DNA from: Chrysemys picta bellii
Taxonomy: Eukaryota
Assembly: GCF_011386835.1 (NCBI RefSeq)
Contig: NC_088806.1
Location: forward strand, 2,315,055 to 2,358,000
DNA: 42,946 nt
Direction: 5' to 3'
Within the stretch, counting starts at the first letter, position 1. Each line of letters opens with the position of its first letter. Below the pieces are notes generated by a model that saw nothing but the letters and a program-made list of their open reading frames with translations, searched no databases and was not told the origin of the DNA. Position numbers and translations under genes: made by a program. This document shows positions 17,005 through 27,969 of the stretch, piece by piece.

Positions 17005-19135
17005 CTCCCCAATACTCTGCCCTCACCATAACCCCACCCCCAACCCTACCCTCCAATGCTCTGCCGCCACTGGAACCCTAACAACCAACCGTATCCCCCC
17101 AATGCTCTACCATCACCATCACCTAAAAACCAACCCTACCCACCAATGGTCTGTCCTCACCGTAACCCCAACAACCAACCCTATGCCCAATGCTCCGCCC
17201 TCACTGTAACCCTAACATCCCACCCTATCTCCCAGTGCTCCGCCCTCACCATAACCTCAGAAGCCAACCGTACGCCCAATGCTCTACCCTCGGCATAACC
17301 CCAACAACCAACCCTACGCCAGAATGCTCTGCCCTCACCGTAACCCCAACAACGAACCCTTCCCCCCATGCTCTGTCACCACCGTAACCCTAATAGCAAA
17401 CCTTACTCCCCAATGCTCTGCCCTCTATGTAACCCCAACAACCAACCCTACCACCCAATACTCTGCCCTTGCTGTAACCCCAATGATGAACCCTACTCCC
17501 CAATGCTCTGCCCCCACCTGAAGCCTTACAACCAACCGTATCCCCCAATGCTCTACCATCACCATCACCTAAAAACCAACCCTACCCACCAATGGTCTGT
17601 CCTCACCGTAACCCCAACAACAACCCTATGCCCAATGCTCCGCCCTCACTGTAACCCTAACATCCCACCCCTACCTCCCAGTGCTCCGCCCTCACCATAA
17701 CCTCAGCAGCCAACCGTACGCCCCAATGCTCTACCCTCGGCATAACCCCAACAACCAACCCTACGCCAGAATGCTCTGCCCTCACCGTAACCCCAACAAC
17801 GAACCCTTCCCCCCATGCTCTGTCACCACCGTAACCCTAATAGCAAACCTTACTCCCCAATGCTCTGCCCTCTATGTAACCCCAACAACCAACCCTACCA
17901 CCCAATACTCTGCCCTTGCTGTAACCCCAATGATGAACCCTACTCCCCAATGCTCTGCCCCCACCTGAAGCCTTACAACCAACCGTATCCCCCAATGCTC
18001 TGCCACCACCGTAACCCTAACACCCAACCCTACCCACCAATGCTGTGCCCTCACCATAACCCCAACAACCAACTGTACTCCCCAATACTCTGCACTCACC
18101 ATAACCCCAACAACCAACCCTACTCCCAATGCTCTGCCTTCACCATAACCCCATCCCCAACCCCACCCTCCAATGCTCTACCCCGACTGGAACCCCAACA
18201 GCCAACTCCACCCCCCAATGCTCTGCCCTCACCGTAATGCCAACAGCCAACCCTACCCCCCACTGCTCTGCCCACATTGTAACCCCAACAACCAGCCCTA
18301 CCCCCCAATACTCTGCCCTTGCCGTAACCGCAACGGCCAACCCTACCCTCCAATGCTGTGCCCTCACCGTAACCCTAAAAACCAACCGTATCCCCCCAAT
18401 GCTCTTCCCTCACCATAACCCTAACAACCAACCCTAGCCACCAATATTCTGCACTCGCCGTAACCCTATCCCCCAACCCTAGCCTCCAATGGTATGCCCC
18501 CACCGTAACCCTAAAAACCAACCCTACCCCCCAATTCCCTGCCCTCACCGTAACCCCAACACCCAAACCCTATGCCCAATGCTTCGCCCTCACTGTAACC
18601 CTAACACCCCACCCTACCCCCAATGCTCCGCCCTCACTGTAACCCTAACACCCCACCTTATCCCCAATGCTCTGCCGTCACCGTAACCCCATCAACCAAC
18701 CGTAACCCCATCAGCCAACCCTACCCCCAGCGCTCTGCCCCTCACCGTAACCCCAAATCCCAACCCTACCCCCCAATGCTCTGCCCCTCACCGTAACCCC
18801 AACATCCAACCCTGCCCCCCAATGCTCTGCCCTCACCGTAACCCCAACACCCCACCCTACCCCCAATGCTCTGCCCTCACCGTAACCCCAACACCCCACC
18901 CTACCCCCAATGCTCTGCCGTCACCGTAACCCCATCAGCCAACCCTACCCCCAGCGCTCTGCCCTCACCGTAACTCTAACAACCAACCCTCCCCACCATG
19001 CTCTGACCTCACCGTAACCCCAATATCCAACCCTACCCCACAATGCTCTGCCCACATTGTAACCCCAACAAACAAACCTACCCCCAATGCTCCTCCCTCA
19101 CCGTAACCCCAAGAACCAACCCTACCCCCCAATGC
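17005..19135. repeat. 44-45 bp telomere-like satellite, left arm part 2
   Basis: Same unit resumes after the LTR; contains a ~447 bp tandem block duplication (ORF-track pair 17368/17815). Confidence 0.95.
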
Positions 19136-19429
19136 CACCATGCCTCTCCGCCAGCCCAGAAAACAGCCTCCCACACTAAGTAGACTCTTATCCCCCAATT
19201 GAGACTGACTCTCTGCCTGTCCCTTGAAAAGCAGCAGCCCCTGACTCTCTGGTACCGGCTGATGGGGCCTCCAATTTAGCTGGGAGTGATGGGAAAAAAA
19301 CCCGGCCCGCCCCCACCCCGAGGGGTGCTGAGCACATAGTATCACCCCCCGACCCACATATTGGGTTAACTCCTCCCCTAGGTGCAGTAAAATGGGCTCT
19401 TACAACATGGGGTAACTAGCTGGGATTCT

Positions 19430-19750
19430 GGCTCTGGGAGGGGAGGGGAGTTGGGTCCAGTGGTTACTGGGGGGGTTGAGAGACAGTACTCCTGGGTTCT
19501 CCCCCCCGGCTCTGGGAGGGGAGTGGGGGCTGGTGGGTTAGAGCAGGGGGGCTGGGAGCCAGGACTCCTGGGTTCTCCCCCCGGCTCTGGGAGGGGAGTG
19601 GGGGCTGGTGGGTTAGAGCAGGGGGGCTGGGAGCCAGGACTCTGGGTTCTCTCCCCGGCTCTGGGAGGGCAGTGGGGGCTGGTGGATTAGAGCAGGGGGG
19701 GCTGGGAGCCAGGACTCCTGGGTTCTCTCCCCGGCTCTGGGAGGGGAGGG
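19430..19750 (+). repeat. ~73-75 bp minisatellite cluster
   Basis: About 4 units of the gggagccaggactcctgggttctc family. Confidence 0.85.
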
Positions 19751-20044
19751 TGTGTGTGCGTGCTGGGAGTCAGAACTGATTATTATTCTGTTGCGTTTTA
19801 TTCCGCCCCCCCCCGCCCCCGCCCCCGCCCCCGCCAAACAAGATGTTACGTTTATTTTAAAGTCACAGAAACTTTATTAAAATAGAAGGAACAAAGATAT
19901 AATAAAGCAAGCGACGCAAAGAGACGAGGAGATTATTTTTTAAAAAAGTTAAAAATAAAAATAAAAATTCAAGCGACCCAGAATTTACAAATGATGCTTC
20001 TTTATCGTTATTGGTTGAAACCTGCCCCCACAATGAACCCCACC

Positions 20045-20215
20045 CCCTGTGCTTCCTGCCCCACAGCACCCCCTAGCGCCGCCCTGGGGCCAGCCCCGCC
20101 TACCAGGGGAGAGCGCCCCCTGCTGAGCCCCCCCGCCCCGTTCCCTGCCCCACAGCACCCCCTAGCACCGCCCTGGGGCCAGCCCCGCCTGCCAGGGGAG
20201 AGCGCCCCCTGCTGT
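20045..20215. repeat. ~85-90 bp GC-rich VNTR, about 2 units (left arm)
   Basis: ggggagagcgccccctgctg..gccccacagcaccccctagc twice; reverse complement of the unit at 27970-28745. Confidence 0.8.
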
Positions 20216-20496
20216 CTTGTCCATGCATTGTAAGTGGGATGTTGGGGTGTCCCTGCCCCACCTTGGGCTGATGTGGGACTGAAGGGGCAGGGAACTGGCC
20301 CCCGGCCCCATTTTCCGAGCTCAGTGACCCGCGGGTAGTGCTTGGCCGTGAATCAGTCACTTATTAAGAACTTTATGTACCTTGCTGGGGATGAAGGCCT
20401 GCAAACCTGGGGGGGGGGAGCGGGGCGGGGAAAACAGCTCCATAGCGGGGTGAGCATGGGGACAGACAGATAGCGGGGTGGGCATGGGGACAGGCG

Positions 20497-20663
20497 CAGG
20501 GCTGGCTCCAGGGTTTTGGCCGCCCCAAGCAGCCAAAAAAAAAAAAAAACTACCGCGATCGTGATCTGCAGCGGCAATGCGCCGAACAGCTGGACGTGCC
20601 GCCCCTCTCCGGAGTGGCCGCCCCAAGCACCTGCCTGGTAAGCTGGTGCCTGGAGCAGGCCTG
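20497..20663. mobile_element. Non-autonomous hAT-type MITE, internally deleted copy
   Basis: Degenerate TIRs cagggctggctccagg / cctggagcaggcctg; perfect 8 bp TSD GACAGGCG at 20489-20496 and 20664-20671 (8 bp TSD is diagnostic of hAT). Confidence 0.85.
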
Positions 20664-20669
20664 GACAGG

Positions 20670-21310
20670 CGGATAGATAGCGGGATGGGCATTGGGACAG
20701 ATGGATAAATAGCAGGGTGGGCGTGGGGCCAGAGAGAGCGGGGTGGGTATGGGGACAGATGGATAGATAGCGGGGCAGGATGGGAACAGACGGATAGATA
20801 GCGGGGCAGACATGGGGACAGGCAGATAGATAGTGGGGCTGGATGGGAACAGGCGGATAAATAGCGGGTGGATATGGGGACAGGCGGATAGATAGTGGGG
20901 CGGGATGGGGACAGGCGGATAGATAGTGGGGTGGACAGGCGGATAGATAGTGGGGCGGGATGGGGACAGGCGGATAGAGAACGGGACGGACATGGGGACA
21001 GGCGGATAGATAGTGGGGCTGGATGGGAACAGGCGGATAAATAGCGGGGGTGGATATGGGGACAGGCGGATAGATAGTGGGGCGGGATGGGGACAGGTGG
21101 ATAGATAGCGGGGCGGGATGAGGACAGGCAGATAGATAGCGGGCAGGCATGGGGACAAGTGGATAGATGGTGGGATGTGATGGCGACAGGTGGATAAATA
21201 GAGGGGTGTACATGGGGACAGGCAGATAGATAGTGGGGCGGGATGGGGACAGGTGGATAGATAGCGGGATGGGATGGGGACAGGCGGATAGATAGCAGGG
21301 CGGGGCATGG
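20670..21310. repeat. ~31 bp minisatellite (gacaggcggatagatagtggggcgggatggg), left arm
   Basis: About 20 units containing ggatagatag. Confidence 0.9.
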
Positions 21311-21504
21311 GGACAGTTTCTCCATGTCTCGGGCGCACGATAGCAGGTGGGTGCAGTCCCCCTCTCCCCCTCCCCCGCGTTCCCTGGAGCCTCGCGACCT
21401 GCAGGGGACGACTCGAGCCTGCAGGGAAAGGGATCTGCCAGAGCTCCCAACCAAGGGCCCATCTACCCTGGCGTCCCGCCTCCTCCCTGGGGTCCTCTCC
21501 GGGA

Positions 21505-21946
21505 GAGCAGTGGGGGCTGGTGGGTTAGAGCAGGGCGGGCTGGGAGCCAGGACTCCTGGGTTCTCTCCCCTGGCTCTGGGAGGGGAGTGGGGGCTGGTGG
21601 GCCAGAGCAGTGGGGCTGGGAGCCAGGACTCCTGGGTTCTCTCCCCAGCTCTGGGAGGGGAGTGGGGGCCGGTGGGTTAGAGCAGGGGGGGCTGGGAGCC
21701 AGGACTCCTGGGTTCTCTCCCCGGCTCTGGGAGGGGAGTGGGGGCCGGTGGGTTAGAGCAAGGGGGGGCTGGGAGCCAGGACTCCTGGGGTCTCTCCCCG
21801 GCTCTGGGAGGGGAGTGGGGGCCGGTGGGTTAGAGCAGGGGGGGCTGGGAGCCAGGACTCCTGGGGTCTCTCCCCGGCTCTGGGAGGGGAGTGGGGGCTG
21901 GTGGGTCAGAGCAGGGGGGCTGAGAGCCAGGACTCATGGGTTCTCT
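21505..21946 (+). repeat. ~73-75 bp minisatellite array running into the gap
   Basis: About 6 units; the contig ends inside the array. Confidence 0.92.
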
Positions 21947-22446
21947 NNNNNNNNNNNNNNNNNNNNNNNNNNNNNNNNNNNNNNNNNNNNNNNNNNNNNN
22001 NNNNNNNNNNNNNNNNNNNNNNNNNNNNNNNNNNNNNNNNNNNNNNNNNNNNNNNNNNNNNNNNNNNNNNNNNNNNNNNNNNNNNNNNNNNNNNNNNNNN
22101 NNNNNNNNNNNNNNNNNNNNNNNNNNNNNNNNNNNNNNNNNNNNNNNNNNNNNNNNNNNNNNNNNNNNNNNNNNNNNNNNNNNNNNNNNNNNNNNNNNNN
22201 NNNNNNNNNNNNNNNNNNNNNNNNNNNNNNNNNNNNNNNNNNNNNNNNNNNNNNNNNNNNNNNNNNNNNNNNNNNNNNNNNNNNNNNNNNNNNNNNNNNN
22301 NNNNNNNNNNNNNNNNNNNNNNNNNNNNNNNNNNNNNNNNNNNNNNNNNNNNNNNNNNNNNNNNNNNNNNNNNNNNNNNNNNNNNNNNNNNNNNNNNNNN
22401 NNNNNNNNNNNNNNNNNNNNNNNNNNNNNNNNNNNNNNNNNNNNNN
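21947..22446. other. Assembly gap (exactly 500 N)
   Basis: Run of N; the round length suggests a scaffolding placeholder. Confidence 0.99.
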
Positions 22447-23075
22447 ATGCCCTCCCCTCTGATCCCCCCTCCCCCTCCTCACTAACCCCTTCCCCCTCTG
22501 ATCTCCCTCCCCTCCTCACCAATCCCCTCCCCTCTGATCCCCCCTCCCCTCTCCTCACCAGCCTCTTCCCCCTCTGATCTCCCTCCCCCTCCTCACCAAT
22601 CCCCTCCCCTCTAATCCCCGCCCCCTCCTCACCAACCCCCTCCCCTCTGATCTCCCTCCCCCTCCTCACCAACCCCCTCCCCTCTGATCCCCCCTCCCCT
22701 GTCCTCACCAACGCCCTCCCCTCTGATCCCCCCTCCCCTCTCCTCACCAACCTCTTCCCTCTCTGATCTCCCTCCCCTTCCTCACCAATCCCCTCCCCTC
22801 TAATCCCTGCCCCGTCCCCACCAAACCCCTCCCCTCTGATCCCCCTCCCCACAACCCCCTCCCCTCTGATCCTCCTCCCTCCTCCTGACCAACTCCCTCC
22901 CCTCTGATCCCCCCTCCCCCCACCACCCCCTTCTCCCTCTGATCCCCCTCCCCTCCTTACCAACCTCCTCTCTTCTGATCCCCGCCCCCCACCAACCTCC
23001 TCCCCTCTGATCCCCCCTCCCCTCTCCTCACCAACCCCCTCCCCTCTGATCCCCCCTCCCCTCCTCACCACCCTC
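22447..23075. repeat. ~37 bp pyrimidine-rich minisatellite (ccctcccctctgatccccctcccctctcctcaccaa), intron of the lectin gene
   Basis: cctctgatcccc and cctcaccaa recur about 16 times; the contig starts inside it. Confidence 0.88.
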
Positions 23076-23140
23076 TCCTTTCTGTTCCCTGCCCCCCTCC
23101 CTCTCCCCCCCCTCCCTGCCAGCCCCCCTCCCCCACTCAC

Positions 23141-23236
23141 CGCTCCGGGCCAGCCCCTCGAGCTCTGCGCTCAGGCTCTGGTTCACGCTGGCCAGCGCCC
23201 CCCGCGTCCCCTGCTGCTCCGCGCCCAGCCTGGAGT
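23141..23236 (-). CDS. ASGR/CLEC10A-family lectin, coding exon 3 (neck: NSRLGAEQQGTRGALASVNQSLSAELEGLARSG), 96 nt
   Basis: Minus-strand cccccag acceptor (23237-23239), GTGAGT donor at 23140; phase 1-1; NQS sequon aligns with ASGR1 NFT; 96 nt equals the human ASGR1 exon size as recalled. Confidence 0.85.
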
Positions 23237-23680
23237 CTGGGGGTGGGGGACAGCCGGGGGGGAAGGGGTGAGAGCCAGTCCCAGACCCTCCTGCTCCCGC
23301 CCCCAAGACCCCTCCCTCTAGACCCCCACCCCCTCTTTCTGCCCCTCCCCTGCACCCACTGCATCCCCCCATGGTGGGGGGGGGGTTTGCACTCTTGCCC
23401 CGTGACAGCACGAGGATCCGTGAGCGTGACGTGCAAATGGAGAACTAGGCTCTGCGGGCTTGTGCCCACCTGGCTTGTGCACCTCCGGAGGCCTCGCACG
23501 CCCACCCAGGCCTTGCACACCCCCTCCTGGTGGGGATCACTACCAGCCTGGCACACGTGCTCCTCGCTTTGCACGCTCACCCCTGCCTCGCACACTCCAC
23601 CCCCACATCTTTACACACTCGCCCCTCCTTTCGCATGCCCTTGCACGCGCATCTGCCGGGTTCTCACACGGGGCACTCAC

Positions 23681-23797
23681 TGCTGACGGCCAGCGCGATG
23701 GTCCCGACGCTGAGCCCGACGCACAGCGCCAGCAGGGCTTGGAGCGGCCGGGGGGAGGCGCAGAGACGCTGCCAGCCCCAGTGCCGGGGCGGGAACG
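23681..23797 (-). CDS. ASGR/CLEC10A-family lectin, coding exon 2 (signal-anchor TM: AFPPRHWGWQRLCASPRPLQALLALCVGLSVGTIALAVS), 117 nt
   Basis: ctctccag acceptor, GTGAGT donor at 23680; QRLCASPR resembles ASGR1 QRLCSGPR, followed by ~20 hydrophobic residues; 117 nt matches the ASGR1 TM exon. Confidence 0.9.
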
Positions 23798-24121
23798 CTG
23801 GAGAGGGGGAGAGACCATCACTGAGGTGGGTGGGCCACCACCGATCACCGCCCCCTTCCAAGCCCACCCACTGCCTCTTAGAGGGACCCAGGAGTCCGGG
23901 AGTGGGGGGACGAGCCAGGGACCCAGGAGGCCGGAGATACCAGTGGGGGGCTTAGTGACTCAGATTCATCCCCTTCCCCATCCTATGGGGCGTGACCCCC
24001 CTCGCCCCACCCCACCCCTTCTCTCCTGGCCTGGATTCCCCCCGCCCCAGATGTTCTTCCACCTCTGTGATACCCCAACTCCCCACCCCCATCCCCACCT
24101 CTCCCAGGCCCCACCCCCTAC

Positions 24122-24191
24122 CTCTCCCGCTCGGGGCACAGGTCCCATCGTCCGGCTCGAGCGACTGGAAATCGTTGTAGTCCTTGCCCAT
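24122..24191 (-). CDS. ASGR/CLEC10A-family lectin, first coding exon (MGKDYNDFQSLEPDDGTCAPSGR), 70 coding nt
   Basis: ATG in gcgccATGG context at 24191, GT donor at 24121. MGKDYNDF resembles ASGR1 MTKEYQDL / ASGR2 MAKDFQDI with a YxxF endocytosis motif. Upstream acceptor cccctccag ending 24220 implies a ~28 nt 5' UTR part and a separate non-coding first exon. Confidence 0.9.
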
Positions 24192-24289
24192 GGCGCAGGG
24201 GGGCGGGCAAGGGGGGCAGCTGGAGGGGTGGACATTTAGGGAGGGGGTATGGACGCAGAGGGTGGGATAAGGGGGCCAGGACGCTCCTC

Positions 24290-25270
24290 TTCCATCCCCC
24301 CAATCCCTCTTTCATCCCCCTGCTCCCTCCTTCCCAGGTGCTAACCCTCCATCCCCCTGCTCCCCCCTCCATCCCCCCACTCCCTCCTCCCCCGGTGCTA
24401 ACCTTCCATCCCCCCAATCGCTCCTCCATCCCCCGTTCCCTCCCCCCAGGCACTACCCCTCCATCCCCTGCTCCCTCCTCCATCCCCTGCTCCCTCCTCC
24501 ATCCCCCCAATCGCTCCTCCATCCCCCTACTCCCTCCTCTATCCCCCACTTCTGCCTCCACCCCCCCGTTCCCCCTCCATCTCCCCGATCCCTCCTCCAT
24601 CCCCCGTTCCTCCATCCATCCCCCCAATCCCCCCCCCGGCACTATCCCTCCATCCCATCTTCCCTCCTCCATCCCCCTGCTCCCCCCTCCATCCCCCCGC
24701 TCCCTCCTCCCCTGGTGCTACCCCTCCATCCCTCCACTCCCTCCTCCATCCCCCCGACCCTGCTCCCTCCCCCCCGGCACTACCCTTCCATCTCCCATTC
24801 CTCCCCACCATCCCCCCGATACCCCCCGTTCCCTCCTCTGTCCCCCCGTTCCCTCCTCCATCCCCCCACTCCCTCCCCCCAGGCCCTACCCCTCCATCTC
24901 CCCGATCTCTCCTCCATCCCCCGTTCCCTCCTCCCCTGGCACTACCCCTCCATCCCCCTGCTCCCCCCTCCATCCCCCCACTCCCTCCTCCCCCGGTGCT
25001 AACCTTCCATCCCCCCAATCGCTCCTCCATCCCCCGTTCCTTCCCCCCAGGCACTTACCCCTCCATCCCCTGCTCCCTCCTCCATCCCCCCAATCCCTCC
25101 CCGGCACTACCCCTCCATCCCCTCTTCCCTCCTCCATCCCCCCGACCCTGCTCCCTCCCCCCCGGCACTACCCCTCCATCTCCCGTTCCTCCCCACCATC
25201 CCCCCGATACCCCCCGTTCCCTCCTCTGTCCCCCCGTTCCCTCCTCTATCCCCCGCTTCTGCCTCCATCC
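24290..25270. repeat. Degenerate C-rich tandem repeat (ccctcctccatccccc..ggcactacccctccatc) with internal block duplications
   Basis: ctccatcccc recurs dozens of times; gtgctaaccttccatccccccaatcgctcctcc occurs at about 24395 and 24996. Confidence 0.8.
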
Positions 25271-25689
25271 CCCCAATTCCCTCCTCTTGACCTCAATTGC
25301 TTCAGTCTATTCCTCCCCACTTTGGGGGGCGGGTTCTACACCTCCATTGTCTCATACCTTCACTCCCTGCCTCTTGGGCTCTTTACCTCTCTCCTGGTGC
25401 TGGAGGGCCTGACCCCCTCTGTTCTCTTGTTCCCTTAATCCACCGCAAAGGAGGCCTCTACCCCTCCGGTGACTGGCTCCCTGCTTCCCCTCCAGGAGCA
25501 CTTTGATCTGTAAATATTCCTCCTGTATAGAGTGGGGAGAAAACAGGCCCAGGGTGACCTCAGAAATATTAAAGGGACAGGGAGAGAACCCAGGTGTCCT
25601 GCCACTGCTGCCCCTCCACCACGAGGGTCCAATCCCCTTCCAGACCCAGTGAGAGAACCCAGGAGTCCTGCCTCCCAGCCCTTCGTGCA

Positions 25690-26620
25690 CTCACCCACCC
25701 GACCTCACTCCCCTCCCAGAGCCGGGGAGAGAACCCAGAGTCCTGGCTCCCAGCTCCCCCCTGCTCTAACCACCAGCCCCCACTCCCCTCCCAGAGCCGG
25801 GGAGAGAACCCAGGAGTCCTGGCTCCCAGCCCTCCCTGCTCTAACCCACCAGCCCCCACTCCCCTCCCAGAGCCGGGGAGAGAACCCAGGAGTCCTGGCT
25901 AACAGCCCCCCCTGCTCTGACCCACCAGCCCCCACTCCCCTCCCAGAGCCGGGGAGAGAACCCAGGAGTCCTGGCTCCCAGCCCCCCGCTCTCACCACCA
26001 GCCCCCACTCCCCTCCCAGAGCCGGGGAGAGAACCCAGGAGTCCTGGCTCCCAGCCCCCCCTGCTCTAACCCACCAGCCCCCACTCCCCTCCCAGAGCCG
26101 GGGAGAGACCCCAGGAGTCCTGGCTCCCAGCCCCCCCTGCTCTAACCCACCGGCCCCCACTCCCCTCCCAGAGCCGGGGAGAGACCCCAGGAGTCCTGGC
26201 TCCCAGCCCCCCCTGCTCTAACCCATCGGCCCCCACTCCCCTCCCAGAGCCGGGGAGAGACCCCAGGAGTCCTGGCTCCCAGCCCCCCCTGCTCTAACCC
26301 ACCGGCCCCCACTCCCCTCCCAGAGCCGGGGAGAGAACCCAGGAGTCCTGGCTCCCAGCCCCCCTGCTCTAACCCACCGGCCCCCGCTCCCCTCCCAGAG
26401 CTGGGGAGAGAACCCAGGAGTCCTGGCTCCCAGCCCCACTGCTCTGGCCCACCAGCCCCCGCTCCCCTCCCAGAGCCAGGGGAGAGAACCCAGGAGTCCT
26501 GGCTCCCAGCCCCACTGCTCTAACCCACCAGCCCCCACTCCCCTCCCAGAGCCGGGGACAGAACCCAGGAGTCCAGGCTCCCAGCCCCCCTGCTCTAACC
26601 CACCAGCCCCCACTGCTCTC
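25690..26620 (-). repeat. ~73-75 bp minisatellite array, about 12 units, inverted relative to 21505-21946
   Basis: cccaggagtcctggctcccagccc recurs about every 74 bp. Confidence 0.92.
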
Positions 26621-26814
26621 CCGGAGAGACCCCAGGGAGGAGGCGGGATGCCAGGGTAGATGGGCCCTTGGTTGGGAGCTCTGGCAGATCCCTTTCCCCG
26701 CAGGCTTGAGTCGTCCCCTGCAGGTCGTGAGGCTCCAGGGAACGCGGGGGGGGGGGGGGGGGACTGCACCCACCTGCTATTGTGCGCCCGAGACATGGAG
26801 AAACTGTCCCCATG

Positions 26815-27460
26815 CCCGCCCTGCTATCTATCCGCCTGTCCCCATCCCCATCCCGCTATCTATCCACCTGTCCCCATCCCGCCCCACTATCTATCTGCCT
26901 GTCCCCATGTACACCCCTCTATTTATCCACCTGTCGCCATCACATCCCACCATCTATCCACTTGTCCCCATGCCTGCCCCACTATCTATCCGCCTGTCCC
27001 CACCCTGCCCCGCTATCTATCCGCCTGTCCCCATCCCGCCCCGCTATGTATCCGCCTGTCCCCATCCCGCCCCGCTATGTATCCGCCTGTCCCCATCCCG
27101 CCCCACTATCTATCCGCCTGTCCCCATATCCACCCCGCTATTTATCCGCCTGTTCCCATCCAGCCCCACTATCTATCCGCCTGTCCCCATGTCCGTCCCG
27201 TTCTCTATCCACCTGTCCCCATGCCTGCCCCACTATCTATCCATCTGTCCCCATATCCGCCCCGCTACCTATCCGCCTGTCCCCACATACGCCCCGCTAT
27301 CTATCTGCCTGTCCCTATCCCGCCCCACTATCTATCTGCCTGTCCCCATGTCCACCCAGCTATCTATCCATCTGTCCCCATACTCACCCCGCTCTCTCTG
27401 GCCCCACGCCCACCCTGCTATTTATCCATCTGTCCCCCTGCCCACCCCGCTATCTATCTG
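26815..27460. repeat. ~31 bp minisatellite (right-arm copy)
   Basis: ctatctatccgcctgtccccat units; reverse complement of 20670-21310. Confidence 0.9.
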
Positions 27461-27466
27461 CCTGTC

Positions 27467-27688
27467 CAGGGCCGGCTCCAGGCACCAGCTTACCAGGCAG
27501 GTGCTTGGGGCGGCCACTCCGGAGAGGGGCGGCACGTCCAGCTGTTCGGCGGCAATTCGGCGGAGGGGCCCTCACTCCTGCTCGGAGCGAAGGACCTCCC
27601 GCCGCATTGCCGCCGCAGATCACGATCGCGGCGTTTTTTTTTTTTTTTTTGGCTGCTTGGGGCGGCCAAAACCCTGGAGCCGGCCCTG
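27467..27688. mobile_element. Non-autonomous hAT-type MITE, 222 bp
   Basis: Perfect 16 bp TIRs CAGGGCCGGCTCCAGG / CCTGGAGCCGGCCCTG; 8 bp TSD tgcctgtc / cgcctgtc (7 of 8 match). Confidence 0.9.
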
Positions 27689-27969
27689 CGCCTGTCCCCA
27701 TGCCCACCCCGCTGTCTGTCTGTCCCCATGCCCACCCCGCTATGGAGCTGTTTTCCCCGCCCCGCCCCCCCCCGGGTTTGCAGGCCTTCATCCCCAGCAA
27801 GGTACATAAAGTTCTTAATAAGTGACTGATTCACGGCCAAGCACTACCCGTGGGTCACTGCGCTCGGAAAATGGGGCCGGGGGCCAGTTCCCTGCCCCTT
27901 CAGTCCCACATCAGCCCAAGGTGGGGCAGGGACACCCCAACATCCCACTTACAATGCATGGACAAGACA

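Noticed and set aside
19390-19430. Possible LTR end plus primer-binding site (gggctcttaca-aca-tggggtaactagctgggatt)
   Set aside because: Only TGG and the distal GCTGGGATT resemble a tRNA PBS; I could not find a matching LTR start, TSD or internal retroviral sequence.
21347-23140. ORFs spanning the N runs (also 39390-40304)
   Set aside because: Artefacts of translating N as X.
20353-27829. Long mirrored ORFs 20353-21462 (-) and 26660-27829 (+), 370-390 aa
   Set aside because: All three frames on that strand are open because the C-rich 31-bp repeat lacks stop codons; the ORFs run through a MITE and differ by indels between arms; no recognisable domain.
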